From positions 2,656,001 to 2,720,000 of the forward strand of contig OZ244048.1 of assembly GCA_965215265.1 (NCBI GenBank): a DNA stretch of 64,000 nucleotides, given 5' to 3'. This document shows, in pieces, positions 19,205 to 28,305 of this stretch. This DNA comes from Candidatus Poribacteria bacterium (GTDB lineage: Bacteria; Poribacteria; WGA-4E; WGA-3G). Position 1 is the first letter of the stretch. Each line of letters opens with the position of its first letter. The position numbers and the translations under genes were made by a program. Under the pieces are notes generated by a model. The model was not told the origin of the DNA, did no database searches, and was given only the letters and a program-made list of their open reading frames with translations.

Positions 19205-19504
19205 CTACAGCAGCTGCTTTTGAACACTGTCAACTTTGTCCTCGATTGTTTGGGTTCGATCAATTCGTGTACCAAACTTAAGTGTCGTGGTAATTCGAGG
19301 CGCGCCCATCTCATGGACTACCTCATGACAACGTCGAATCGCCGTGAAAACGGCATCCCATTCCCCTTCAATGTTCGTCCCGTAGGCGTGCAGTTGCGTT
19401 GTCAAACCTGCTTCTTGCAGCACATTTTCACAAGCGACGACATATTTTGATACCGAAACGCCAACCCCCATTGGGACGACACACAGATCGGCAATGACTT
19501 TCAT
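19205..19504 (-). CDS. MTH1187/YkoF-like thiamine-binding protein family
   Basis: VSVSKYV, LHAYGTNIEGEWD, GAPRI, RIDR..TIEDKV. Confidence 0.9.
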   Translation of the reverse strand: MKVIADLCVVPMGVGVSVSKYVVACENVLQEAGLTTQLHAYGTNIEGEWDAVFTAIRRCHEVVHEMGAPRITTTLKFGTRIDRTQTIEDKVDSVQKQLL

Positions 19505-20442
19505 GCGGTTCTCCTTAACTGTTGCAAGACATATTGAGACAGTGGGGTTGCCCCCGACGTAGCGACTCCGTCGTCTATCTGCGCCGGGGTCATCATCCCC
19601 GGTACAACGCTGCTGACTGCCGGGTGCGCTAAGATAAATTTGAGCGCGGCTTGAGGTAAACTGCGTGCTTCCTTCTCAACAATCGCTTTAATCTCTTCTA
19701 CCCTCTCTAAATCTGACAGGAATTTCTCATGCGGCCACGTCTTCCGATAATCGTTTTCGGCAAATACAGTATCAGGCGTGAGTTGTCCGGATAGCAGCCC
19801 TGACGACAGCGGCTGCCGCACAACAACAGCGATTCCCTTTTCCCGGGCAGTTGTCATCACCGGAGATGCCATGCCCTGTGTCAGAATATTGTACGTTAGC
19901 ATTAGGGAAGAAATATCCGTTTCGGATACTGCCCTCAGTGCGTCCGCCTCACTACCGAGGCACAACCCGTAAAATAGAATCTTCCCCTCCGACTTGAGCT
20001 CCGCCATCGTGCCGAACGCTTCATCCCAGGCATCAGTTGGCGGTGGTGCATGAAATTGATAGATGTCTATCATATCGCGACCCAATCGGTTAAGACTCCC
20101 TTCAACGGCGCGTCGGATATAAGCAGGCGAAACGTTAAAATCAGGATGTTCCCAGCCGCCGCTAATCCAGCCATCGGAGTCCAATTCGAAGCCGAGCTTC
20201 GTCGCAATCACCACCCGGTCGCCGAGCCCTGAGAACGCCTCGCCTAATAGCCGCTCCGCACGTCCGCCGCCATACTGATCCGCCGTATCATAATAGGTAA
20301 TACCTTTTTCAAAAGCGTATCGGAGTAAATTGACTGCATCGGTTGCGTCTATATCACCCCATTCTCGACCGCCCAGTTCCCACGTGCCCATTCCGAGCTC
20401 AGAGACGCTCAACCCTGTGTTTCCTAATTTACGGTGTTGCAT
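19501..20442 (-). CDS. Aldo/keto reductase
   Basis: LGNTGLSVSELGMG, YDTADQYG, IATK, SLNRL..D.IDIYQFH, PLSSGLL. Confidence 0.92.
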   Translation of the reverse strand: MQHRKLGNTGLSVSELGMGTWELGGREWGDIDATDAVNLLRYAFEKGITYYDTADQYGGGRAERLLGEAFSGLGDRVVIATKLGFELDSDGWISGGWEHPDFNVSPAYIRRAVEGSLNRLGRDMIDIYQFHAPPPTDAWDEAFGTMAELKSEGKILFYGLCLGSEADALRAVSETDISSLMLTYNILTQGMASPVMTTAREKGIAVVVRQPLSSGLLSGQLTPDTVFAENDYRKTWPHEKFLSDLERVEEIKAIVEKEARSLPQAALKFILAHPAVSSVVPGMMTPAQIDDGVATSGATPLSQYVLQQLRRTA

Positions 20443-20516
20443 TGCGCACCCTCACGTCTATTTTTGGGTCCTATTTTATAGGATTCACGTGCATTTGTCA
20501 ATCCTACCTTCCTAGC

Positions 20517-20546
20517 GTCTTGATTCCAAACGGGTGCAATTCAAAG
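20517..20546 (-). CRISPR. Solitary degenerate CRISPR-repeat-like 30-mer (no array)
   Basis: Minus strand CTTTGAATTGCACCCGTTTGGAATCAAGAC resembles 30-nt CTTT..AATC/T...TTGGAATTGAAAC repeats. Lies ~550 bp upstream of csx1; single copy. Confidence 0.4.
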
Positions 20547-21014
20547 GCAGCCTCTCCCAACTCCCGCTTCTCCTACCAGCCCTCAACTCCTACCCTGCCT
20601 GATCTTGACTGAAAAAGCCGCTTCACACACCAAACCCCTCAACTCTTGCTCTACCCAATTATGACACCATTTAGTGAACGCCTCACACAAAATAATCCAC
20701 GCCTTCTCGAAAAACAAATCTCATCACAAACTACCTAAAGCCCCTGCACCCATGTCAAAACTTCACAATACACCAAATACTTCTTATCCTATAAATCCTC
20801 AAATCCTGATTTAGACAAATTAAAACATGGTAGAATCACTAAAATCAGCTTAACCTGAAAAAAAGTGCAATTGTACTTAACACCCCGATAAAAACATGAT
20901 ATAATTGTAAGGTAACAGGTTAACTGAAAAAATTGCAGAATGGAATTGACATGCTAAGCTGGAATAGATTTTCTATGAATCAAGGAGTCGAGTGGAGATA
21001 AAGCAAAAAAAGTT

Positions 21015-21043
21015 TTGACTTTAAATCGCAAATCTGCTATATT
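21015..21043 (+). promoter_or_regulatory. Sigma70-type promoter of csx1
   Basis: TTGACT-17 bp-TATATT with extended -10 TG. Confidence 0.55.
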
Positions 21044-21100
21044 TTGTTTCTGAAAATAAATATGTTTTAAGCAAACTTCTGTGAACGGGAAACGTGCATA

Positions 21101-22912
21101 ATGGTAATTATTATGGAGACAACGAATTATCGCCCAGAGGATGAATCACAGACAGAAGATAAGCACCATATTCTACTAACCAGCCTTGGAACAGCCGCGA
21201 GACAAACAAAGTACCAATTGAATCAGCAGCTCGCTACTGCGGAACTCGCGCCACTTGCATTAGTGCAACTTTTGGACAACTCGCTAAAACCGAATCGCGT
21301 TATTGTGACGGTTACAAAAGGGGCCAAGACGGCCAAAGAGAGAGATAGCGGGAAGCTGATATTAGGTATCTTCAAAAAAGGAATTAAAGAGGTGCTGGGT
21401 TTTGAACCTGAAGTTGTTGATATTCCTGATGGCAGTGACGAAGACGAAATTCGCCAGCTTCTCGAAAACGTTGCGAAAAGCATTCCCGAAAGTGCAGAGC
21501 TCACGCTTGATGTCACGCATGGACTCAGACACTTTCCATTCATCTTTTACGCCTTAGCACTCTACCTCCAATCGCTTCGCAATGTAAGGATTCGCGGGGC
21601 CTACTACGGCATGATGGAAGGCTCTCAGCACACCAAACCAATCGTTGATTTGCAACCGTTACTCGAATTGCCAAAGTGGTTCTATGCGGTACAGATGTTT
21701 AAAGACCGAGGGACGGCGTTGCCCATAGCAGAACTAGTGGCCCCGCTGCGAGATAGGCTAGTGCAGCAAACCACAGAGTTGTTCAGAGCAAATAAGGAAA
21801 CCGAGGCACACCAGTGGAGTAAGAACAGGAATCGGGCCAAAGCCTCTGTTGAGTCACTCGAGAAGCATGCGTTCGCTTATGAGTCAGCCCTACCGGTGGA
21901 ATTGGGCAAGGCCAGCAATGAGCTTATCGAGCGAATTCAAAAACTCACTGAAATTGATAAAGTGAGTCTTCCACTGTTTACCGAGGAGTTAACACAGAAC
22001 ATTGCCGAGGCTGCTAAGAAATTGGCCCTATCGCCAGAAGTTAGCAAGAGACATTGGAAAGAGGATATTGCTTTGGATATAACTGAATTGGAACGTCAGG
22101 CTCAAATGATCGATCAGTATCTGGAGCGCGGTCAACTTTCCTTGGCGATAGGGTTGATGCGCGAATGGGTAGTTTCTTGGAGCATACTTCAGTCGGAAGA
22201 AACTGAGGGATGGCTAAAACGTGAGGCACGCAAGCGAAGTGAACGACGTTTAGGTGCACTTGCGGAATTTGCGAAGAGTTCTCATGTTATTACGCCAGAG
22301 CAACAAGCATTCGGCACCTTCTGGGACCAACTTACAGACAAACTACGGAATGCACTCCACCACCATGGGATGCGGCCTGAGGCACTTGAAGAACCCCCTG
22401 ACATATTAGAAAAATCAGTGAAGTCCTTTTGGAATCAGCTCAAAGCGGGTAAAATCGCTCTGCCGCAATTAGGCGGCGGGAGCGGAAAGCTACTCCTTTC
22501 ACCGCAAGGAACGCGACCGGGCGTGCTGTTCTCAGCATTAAAGGCCACCAAACCTGATTCCTGTCTCGTCATTTGTTCGAACGAATCAGCGAGCAGCATC
22601 CCTGAAGCTGCTGAATGTGCGGCATTTAATGGAACCCTCGAACAGATTAAATTGAAGGACCCCCACGGTGGTTTCGATGAAATTAGCAAGGCAGCTAAAT
22701 GTGCCCATGAGTATATACTCAACGCAGACACGGTGCTGGCGAATGTGACCGGGGGCACAACACTGATGGGACTCATTGTACAACAGTTGGTCGAAAAATC
22801 GCAGTACTTAGATCGGCACGTACGACGTTTTGCCCTCATTGACCGCCGCACACCAGCTGAACAGGACAGCCATCCGTTTGTGGAAGGTGAGCACCATTGG
22901 ATCGACGGATAG
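21101..22912 (+). CDS. csx1: CRISPR-associated Csx1/TM1812 (DxTHG) CARF-HEPN ribonuclease with an extra C-terminal CARF-like domain
   Basis: LLTSLG, LDVTHGLRHFP, YYGM, HEPN RNALHH; C-terminal LLSPQG..PGVL..NVTGGTT. Confidence 0.88.
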   Translation: MVIIMETTNYRPEDESQTEDKHHILLTSLGTAARQTKYQLNQQLATAELAPLALVQLLDNSLKPNRVIVTVTKGAKTAKERDSGKLILGIFKKGIKEVLGFEPEVVDIPDGSDEDEIRQLLENVAKSIPESAELTLDVTHGLRHFPFIFYALALYLQSLRNVRIRGAYYGMMEGSQHTKPIVDLQPLLELPKWFYAVQMFKDRGTALPIAELVAPLRDRLVQQTTELFRANKETEAHQWSKNRNRAKASVESLEKHAFAYESALPVELGKASNELIERIQKLTEIDKVSLPLFTEELTQNIAEAAKKLALSPEVSKRHWKEDIALDITELERQAQMIDQYLERGQLSLAIGLMREWVVSWSILQSEETEGWLKREARKRSERRLGALAEFAKSSHVITPEQQAFGTFWDQLTDKLRNALHHHGMRPEALEEPPDILEKSVKSFWNQLKAGKIALPQLGGGSGKLLLSPQGTRPGVLFSALKATKPDSCLVICSNESASSIPEAAECAAFNGTLEQIKLKDPHGGFDEISKAAKCAHEYILNADTVLANVTGGTTLMGLIVQQLVEKSQYLDRHVRRFALIDRRTPAEQDSHPFVEGEHHWIDG

Positions 22913-22940
22913 AAAAGATACGGGCATCCTATAGAAAACC

Positions 22941-22969
22941 TTGACATCCACGGAACTTTGTGTTATACC
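22941..22969 (+). promoter_or_regulatory. Sigma70-type promoter of the cmr operon
   Basis: TTGACA-17 bp-TATACC with extended -10 TG, upstream of cmr1. Confidence 0.55.
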
Positions 22970-23047
22970 TTCTCTATCAATAGAAGCAAAAGATGCACAG
23001 TTTTCGGCAGAACCCCTGATGATCGAACTGCATTTCAAGGAGATAGC

Positions 23048-23914
23048 ATGGATAAGATGACGTTGAAACTCCAAACCGTGACACCGATGTTCCTACACGG
23101 TCATGACAGTGGGACATTGGAACTTCGGCCGCCCCCCTTTAAGGCACTCTTTCGTTACTGGTGGCGGGCAGCGGTGGCAGAAATGGATGTAAGTGAATTA
23201 CGCAAGGGGGAGGGCCGCTTATTCGGTAGTGCCGATAGTAAATCTCCTCGAAAATCTCCTCTATCGATTCGTGTATCTCGTCAATTGTATGATAGTTATG
23301 ACTATGCCCTTCTTCCTCATAAACAAAGACCGTTTAAGAGAGAAGCTTATAAGTCTAAGCAGAACTTCGAGCTTAGACTCGCAGCCCCGCAGCTTGATGA
23401 ATATGAAAAAATCGCTGAGCTCGGGTTCTTACTCGGTGGTGTCGGCAATCGTTCGAGAAGAGGTTTCGGTTCTATCCGTTATCAGGATTGGAATTTCCAG
23501 ACAGTTGAAGAGCTCCAAGAAAAGGTCTATGGAGTACTCAATGGAATTTCCCCGGAACGATTCCAGAACGATGTAGGTAATGGCGGGATTCAACAGGTTG
23601 ACCCTGGAATTCCGCTGCCAGATTATCCCGTCATCCGAGCTGTCTATTTTGGCAAGAAATTATGCGATAATGTTGATAGCCTCCTCCAGCACCTCGGGCG
23701 TGCGACACATCATCACAACAAGGACGTTTTGGGTAATGGTGCTCTGGGAAGTGCCAGCCCGCGGAGGGCTTCTCCAATCCACATCCGCATTCAGAAGATC
23801 GGCACCCTATTTATTCCGATTGCCACGCAACTCCATTCTGTCTTTCCAGACCGACCTAATCAAGAAGATTATGAGGAAAGACAGTTCGATTTCATTAATA
23901 CAGTTTTGTCGTAG
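23048..23914 (+). CDS. cmr1: Type III-B RAMP Cmr1
   Basis: TVTPMFLHG, ELRPPPFKALFRYWWRA, EGRLFGS, GGVGNRSRRGFGS, RASP; AGGAG RBS before ATG 23048. Confidence 0.92.
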   Translation: MDKMTLKLQTVTPMFLHGHDSGTLELRPPPFKALFRYWWRAAVAEMDVSELRKGEGRLFGSADSKSPRKSPLSIRVSRQLYDSYDYALLPHKQRPFKREAYKSKQNFELRLAAPQLDEYEKIAELGFLLGGVGNRSRRGFGSIRYQDWNFQTVEELQEKVYGVLNGISPERFQNDVGNGGIQQVDPGIPLPDYPVIRAVYFGKKLCDNVDSLLQHLGRATHHHNKDVLGNGALGSASPRRASPIHIRIQKIGTLFIPIATQLHSVFPDRPNQEDYEERQFDFINTVLS

Positions 23915-23923
23915 GAGAGTGCA

Positions 23924-25819
23924 ATGTCTGAAAACCTAATTTTATTCACGATTACCCCGGTTCAGCAATTTATCACAACGGCACGCAAGACAGAGGATTT
24001 GTGGCTCGGTAGCTATATCCTCTCACATCTCAACGCAACTGCAATCGAGCAGATTTACAATAGAGATGGTGTGGAGATTATCTATCCGGCGATTGGGGAC
24101 GGCTCTCCTTTTGAATTCTGGGAAGGTGCGGACCTTACGCTGCCGTCGTTCCCGAATCTCTTTCTCGCTAGGAGCGAGGAGCTATCTATCGGTGAATTAA
24201 CCTGCATAATGAAGTTTACCGAGAATGTCGTCCAAACTGAATTTAAACAGATGGCAAGACACGCCGTTGAAATTTTCGTTCAAACGGTTAATAATCGAGC
24301 ATGGGACAATACTTACGCAGATCAACTCTTTGAAAAACAGATTAACAATTTTTTGCAGCTCTATTGGGTCATTTCCAATAAAGGTGAAAACGACTATAAA
24401 GAGTGGTATGCACGAACGACCGCGCAGCTCGCCTCAATCAAAAATTGCCGAGTTTTTCAGCAAGTCAGCGAAAATGGGCGAAAATGTTCACTTTGTGGAC
24501 AACGGGGGATATTTCACAACGGTCAACGTGCCCCGATGGAGTGGTGGAAACGATTTGCACAGCGGCGTGTCAAATATTGTCGACCGGGCGAGGCACTTTG
24601 CACAGTCTGTCTTACCAAACGGCTCGCCAAGCTCTATTTTGAAGATAGATATGATGACTTTAAAACCCACACTTTTCCCTCAACATCGGAAATCTCCACC
24701 GCTGATTTTAAACATCAGATTGTTCATAACACCGAAAACCTGGGCAAGTACGAGGAGTTTGTGGAGTCCGTTGAGAGCCTTAGAAATACTGATGGTTACT
24801 CTCTTAAAGGGACTACAGATCCCGTACCAAAACTCAGAAGCATCCAAAAAGACTGGAATAATGTCGATGGCGATTGGCTGTTTGAAGGTGCCTTCTCAAA
24901 GCAAAATCTGGAACGTTACTACGGCGTTGATAGAGACGTGCACAGCTCCACCATCGAAAAGTGTGAGCGGTTACGTCGGGGACTGCTCCAAGACATTGGG
25001 GTGGAGCCGAGTCCATATTTCGCCGTGATTCTCCTCGATGGAGACGGAATGGGGGAAATAATCTCGCAAGTCAAGGATGCAGAGGCACATGCAAAGATCA
25101 GTCGTCAACTGAACAAGTATACCCTTGCCGTCAAACAGATCGTAGATAGCGATTATCTCGGCAAATTGCTCTATGCCGGGGGCGATGACGTACTCGCCTT
25201 GGCAAATCTCAAAGATCTGCTGGATATCCTTCATCAGTTGCGGAAGAAGTTTCCGAACTTAACCCCTTGCGGATCCTCTGCCTCTACCGCCTCTGCCGGT
25301 GTTTGCATCGCCCACTGCAAAATGCCACTTAGCGATGTACTGACGCGCACACGTAAGATGGAACGCGCAGCTAAAGCCGTTGATGGGAAGAATGCACTCG
25401 GTATCGCCTTGATAAAGCACTCCGGGAACGTCTCACAGACAGTTTTTAAATGGAAATACAAAATTGAAAATGGATCAGACTGCCTCGATATGATGGAAGT
25501 GAGCCGAAACCTCGTCGAACTTCTCAAAAAGGGCGAAGTTTCAAAGAAGTTCCTATACACCTTCCGCGAAGCCTTCACACGCCTCACAAATCAAGATGGT
25601 GAGTTTGAATTTCCGGACATCCTAGCAGCTGAGCTCAAACGTTTAATCTGGCGTGCAGCGAGTGAAAAAGCACGTTCAGATACAGAGATTAAAGAACGCA
25701 TTGACAAAAATGTTCAAGACTTAACCGCCCTTTTAAGGAAAAGCCGGATGAAATTTGCAGACCTCGTCAGCTTCTTAGAAATTATTAACTTTATCGCACG
25801 AGAGGACAAAACGGAATGA
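23924..25819 (+). CDS. cas10: Type III-B Cas10/Cmr2 (no HD domain, intact GGDD cyclase motif)
   Basis: PVQQFI..ARKTEDLWLGSYILS, CSLCG/LCTVCLTKR Zn finger, YFAVILLDGDGMG, LYAGGDDVLA. Confidence 0.95.
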   Translation: MSENLILFTITPVQQFITTARKTEDLWLGSYILSHLNATAIEQIYNRDGVEIIYPAIGDGSPFEFWEGADLTLPSFPNLFLARSEELSIGELTCIMKFTENVVQTEFKQMARHAVEIFVQTVNNRAWDNTYADQLFEKQINNFLQLYWVISNKGENDYKEWYARTTAQLASIKNCRVFQQVSENGRKCSLCGQRGIFHNGQRAPMEWWKRFAQRRVKYCRPGEALCTVCLTKRLAKLYFEDRYDDFKTHTFPSTSEISTADFKHQIVHNTENLGKYEEFVESVESLRNTDGYSLKGTTDPVPKLRSIQKDWNNVDGDWLFEGAFSKQNLERYYGVDRDVHSSTIEKCERLRRGLLQDIGVEPSPYFAVILLDGDGMGEIISQVKDAEAHAKISRQLNKYTLAVKQIVDSDYLGKLLYAGGDDVLALANLKDLLDILHQLRKKFPNLTPCGSSASTASAGVCIAHCKMPLSDVLTRTRKMERAAKAVDGKNALGIALIKHSGNVSQTVFKWKYKIENGSDCLDMMEVSRNLVELLKKGEVSKKFLYTFREAFTRLTNQDGEFEFPDILAAELKRLIWRAASEKARSDTEIKERIDKNVQDLTALLRKSRMKFADLVSFLEIINFIAREDKTE

Positions 25820-26916
25820 GATTATTCCTGAGACCGAGTGATACCTTTTTCTTCCGCGACGGCCGCCCTTTCACGCGTGGAGAGCAATCCGAGGGTTACT
25901 CCATAGAAACCCCGTTTCCATCAACTGTGATGGGTGCCCTACGGAGTGCTTACATCGCCTTTTGTGGGGATATGACACAGTTCTCCAACGGGCAGCTGGA
26001 AACTGTTATTGGTACCAGGCAGTCTATTGAAAATGCGGAGATCCAAATCAAGGGGGTGTTTTTAGGAAGTTCTGACCAGAAGCTCTACTATTCAACACCG
26101 CGCGATCTCGTATCCGAAAAGAAGTCGGACAGCCGGGAGCTGCACCCACTATCGCTCGCACTACCAGAGCAAGAACAATTCACCTCTAGTGCTACCGGAT
26201 CCGAAGTGAGCACTTTTCTCAGATGGAGCAACTCAAAGATGCAGGTCGAACACACCAGCGGTTATATTTCCTGCTGCGGTTTGCGGCGGTACCTACGGGG
26301 TAACATGCAGGGGTTGACATCAGAAAGCCCAGAAATTATTGATGAACCTAAGGTGGGTATCGCCCGAAGTCGCAAGACACTCACAGCTGACGAGGGTATG
26401 CTCTACCGAATCAACATGAAACGTTTCCGGGAATCGAAATACGGATTTGTCGTTGACGTTAAGGGCGTTGATTGTCTTCCGGAAAGCGCGTTGATTAAAC
26501 TAGGCGGGGAAGGCAAGAGTTTTGCCTACAATAAGATTTCACAACAGACCGATCCACTTTCAAAGGGAGACCGGACGCACATCAGAGACAGGATCGATAA
26601 GTCACGGAAATTCAAACTCTATTTAGCGACCCCTGCGATTTTCAACAAGGGGTGGCTACCGGAGGGACTCCACCCCAATATCGAGTTGATTACCGCCGCG
26701 GTTGGAAACTATGTAACTGTCGGTGGGTGGGATATGGCAAAGAACCGTCCTAAGAGTACGTATCGGGCAGTACCTGCTGGCAGTGTTTACTATTTTTGTT
26801 TACGCAACAGCACAACCAAAACCGAGACAATTTTAAACGACTTGCATTACCAGAACATTGGAGACCAACGCAGGCAAGAGGGGTTTGGCCTTGCGTATGT
26901 TGGTACAATCTCATAA
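25816..26916 (+). CDS. cmr3: Type III-B Cmr3
   Basis: DTFFFRDGRPF, PFPSTVMGALR, LGGEGK, LATPAIF, GGWD, VPAGSVY, GFG. Confidence 0.95.
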   Translation: MRLFLRPSDTFFFRDGRPFTRGEQSEGYSIETPFPSTVMGALRSAYIAFCGDMTQFSNGQLETVIGTRQSIENAEIQIKGVFLGSSDQKLYYSTPRDLVSEKKSDSRELHPLSLALPEQEQFTSSATGSEVSTFLRWSNSKMQVEHTSGYISCCGLRRYLRGNMQGLTSESPEIIDEPKVGIARSRKTLTADEGMLYRINMKRFRESKYGFVVDVKGVDCLPESALIKLGGEGKSFAYNKISQQTDPLSKGDRTHIRDRIDKSRKFKLYLATPAIFNKGWLPEGLHPNIELITAAVGNYVTVGGWDMAKNRPKSTYRAVPAGSVYYFCLRNSTTKTETILNDLHYQNIGDQRRQEGFGLAYVGTIS

Positions 26917-26936
26917 CGGTAAGAAAGGAAAGTTTT

Positions 26937-27899
26937 ATGTTCAAATCTGCAAAACCTTTGTTCTTGATCGTTGAAACACCGCTCCATGCTGGCAGCGGCA
27001 GTGACCTCGGCATCGTAGACCTGCCGATCCAACGAGAGAGACACACGGATTATCCGAAGATCGAAGCTTCCGGAATCAAAGGGAGCATCCGGGAGATTTT
27101 TAGTACGCGCCCAGATTTGAAGAATCTTGAGCGCGGTTGGAATATCGATGCCGTCGAGAATCAGGACTACCAACTCTCTATTAATTTGACCTTCGGGCCC
27201 GAGGAGGGTGATTTGTACGCAGGAGCATTAGGTTTTACCGACGCACGGCTCTTGCTGTTCCCTGTGAAATCAGTTTCGGGGGTGTTCGGATGGATCACGT
27301 GCCCAGTTGTCCTTGAACGGTTCAAGCAAGACCTATCCATCTGCAACCGGGGTATCTCACTTGATGGAGACCTACCGGTTGAAAATCAAGTCCCGCCTGG
27401 GAGCGATCTCATTGTCAGCGACAACCAGATTGTTCTGGAGGAGTACACCTTTGAAATTGAGGAAACCACCGAGTGTGCAACATTGGGCGAGTGGATTTCA
27501 GAAAACTGCTTGCCCTCGGACGATGCTTACAATTATTGGCGTAAGAAAATAGAGACGAGCCTCGTAGTACTGAGTGACGACGATTTTCGAGATTTCGTTA
27601 CGCTCTCAACAGAAGTGATCACCCGAATCAAAATCGACAGTAAAACAGGCACTGTTCAAACCAGGGCACTGTGGTCCGAGGAATATCTGCCAACGGATTC
27701 TATCCTCTACTCGCTTGTGCTGACGACACCCATATTTCAGGAAAACGACTCTGATAAAGGGATTTTCAAAAAAGAGGGGGTCGATGAGTCGGAACAGGTA
27801 ATGGAATTTTTTGAAGATGGACTGCCATCTATAATTCAACTCGGTGGAAATGCTACAATCGGTAAAGGGATTATTCGGACAAAAATCTACCAAGATTAA
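26937..27899 (+). CDS. cmr4: Type III-B Cmr4 (Cas7 group, catalytic Asp present)
   Basis: TPLHAGSG...VDLPIQRERHT.YP, DARLLLFPVKS, LWSEEYLP, QLGGNATIGKG. Confidence 0.95.
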   Translation: MFKSAKPLFLIVETPLHAGSGSDLGIVDLPIQRERHTDYPKIEASGIKGSIREIFSTRPDLKNLERGWNIDAVENQDYQLSINLTFGPEEGDLYAGALGFTDARLLLFPVKSVSGVFGWITCPVVLERFKQDLSICNRGISLDGDLPVENQVPPGSDLIVSDNQIVLEEYTFEIEETTECATLGEWISENCLPSDDAYNYWRKKIETSLVVLSDDDFRDFVTLSTEVITRIKIDSKTGTVQTRALWSEEYLPTDSILYSLVLTTPIFQENDSDKGIFKKEGVDESEQVMEFFEDGLPSIIQLGGNATIGKGIIRTKIYQD

Positions 27900-27909
27900 G
27901 GAGACGAGA

Positions 27910-28305
27910 ATGCAAGAAAATAGCATCCGGTATGTCGAACAGGGGCGCGCAAAATTCGCTTATGATTGCGTTCAGAAGGTTGTCCAAGATAAGGATACAG
28001 AGTGGCAGAAAAAGTACAAGTCCGGCGCGAAAAAACTGCCCACGCTCATCCAAACTAATGGACTTGCACAAGCATTAGCATTCATCAATAACCGGGATGA
28101 GGGAAACAAAGAACTCTATAATATGATTGGTAAATGGTTAAACCGTAAGCAACTTGTTAAGAATTCTGATAGTGAGCTGGTTGATATCGTTATTAGTAAA
28201 CCCTCCAATGAATATCGCCGGATTACCACCGAAACGTTGGCATTGTTGAATTGGGTCAGACGATTCGTTGATGGATTGATGAAGGATGTGGAGGAAGAAA
28301 ACTAA
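27910..28305 (+). CDS. cmr5: Type III-B small subunit Cmr5
   Basis: EQGRAKFAY, KLPTLIQTNGLAQALAF, YRRITTETLALLNWVRRF. Confidence 0.95.
   Translation: MQENSIRYVEQGRAKFAYDCVQKVVQDKDTEWQKKYKSGAKKLPTLIQTNGLAQALAFINNRDEGNKELYNMIGKWLNRKQLVKNSDSELVDIVISKPSNEYRRITTETLALLNWVRRFVDGLMKDVEEEN

Noticed and set aside
20783-20818. AATCCT-rich element with a weak echo at ~34845-34870
   Set aside because: Looks like a dispersed REP-type intergenic repeat, too degenerate to delimit, and not CRISPR-spaced.
24225-25028. 267-aa alternative-frame ORF inside cas10
   Set aside because: No motif or RBS; explained as an overlapping-frame by-product.
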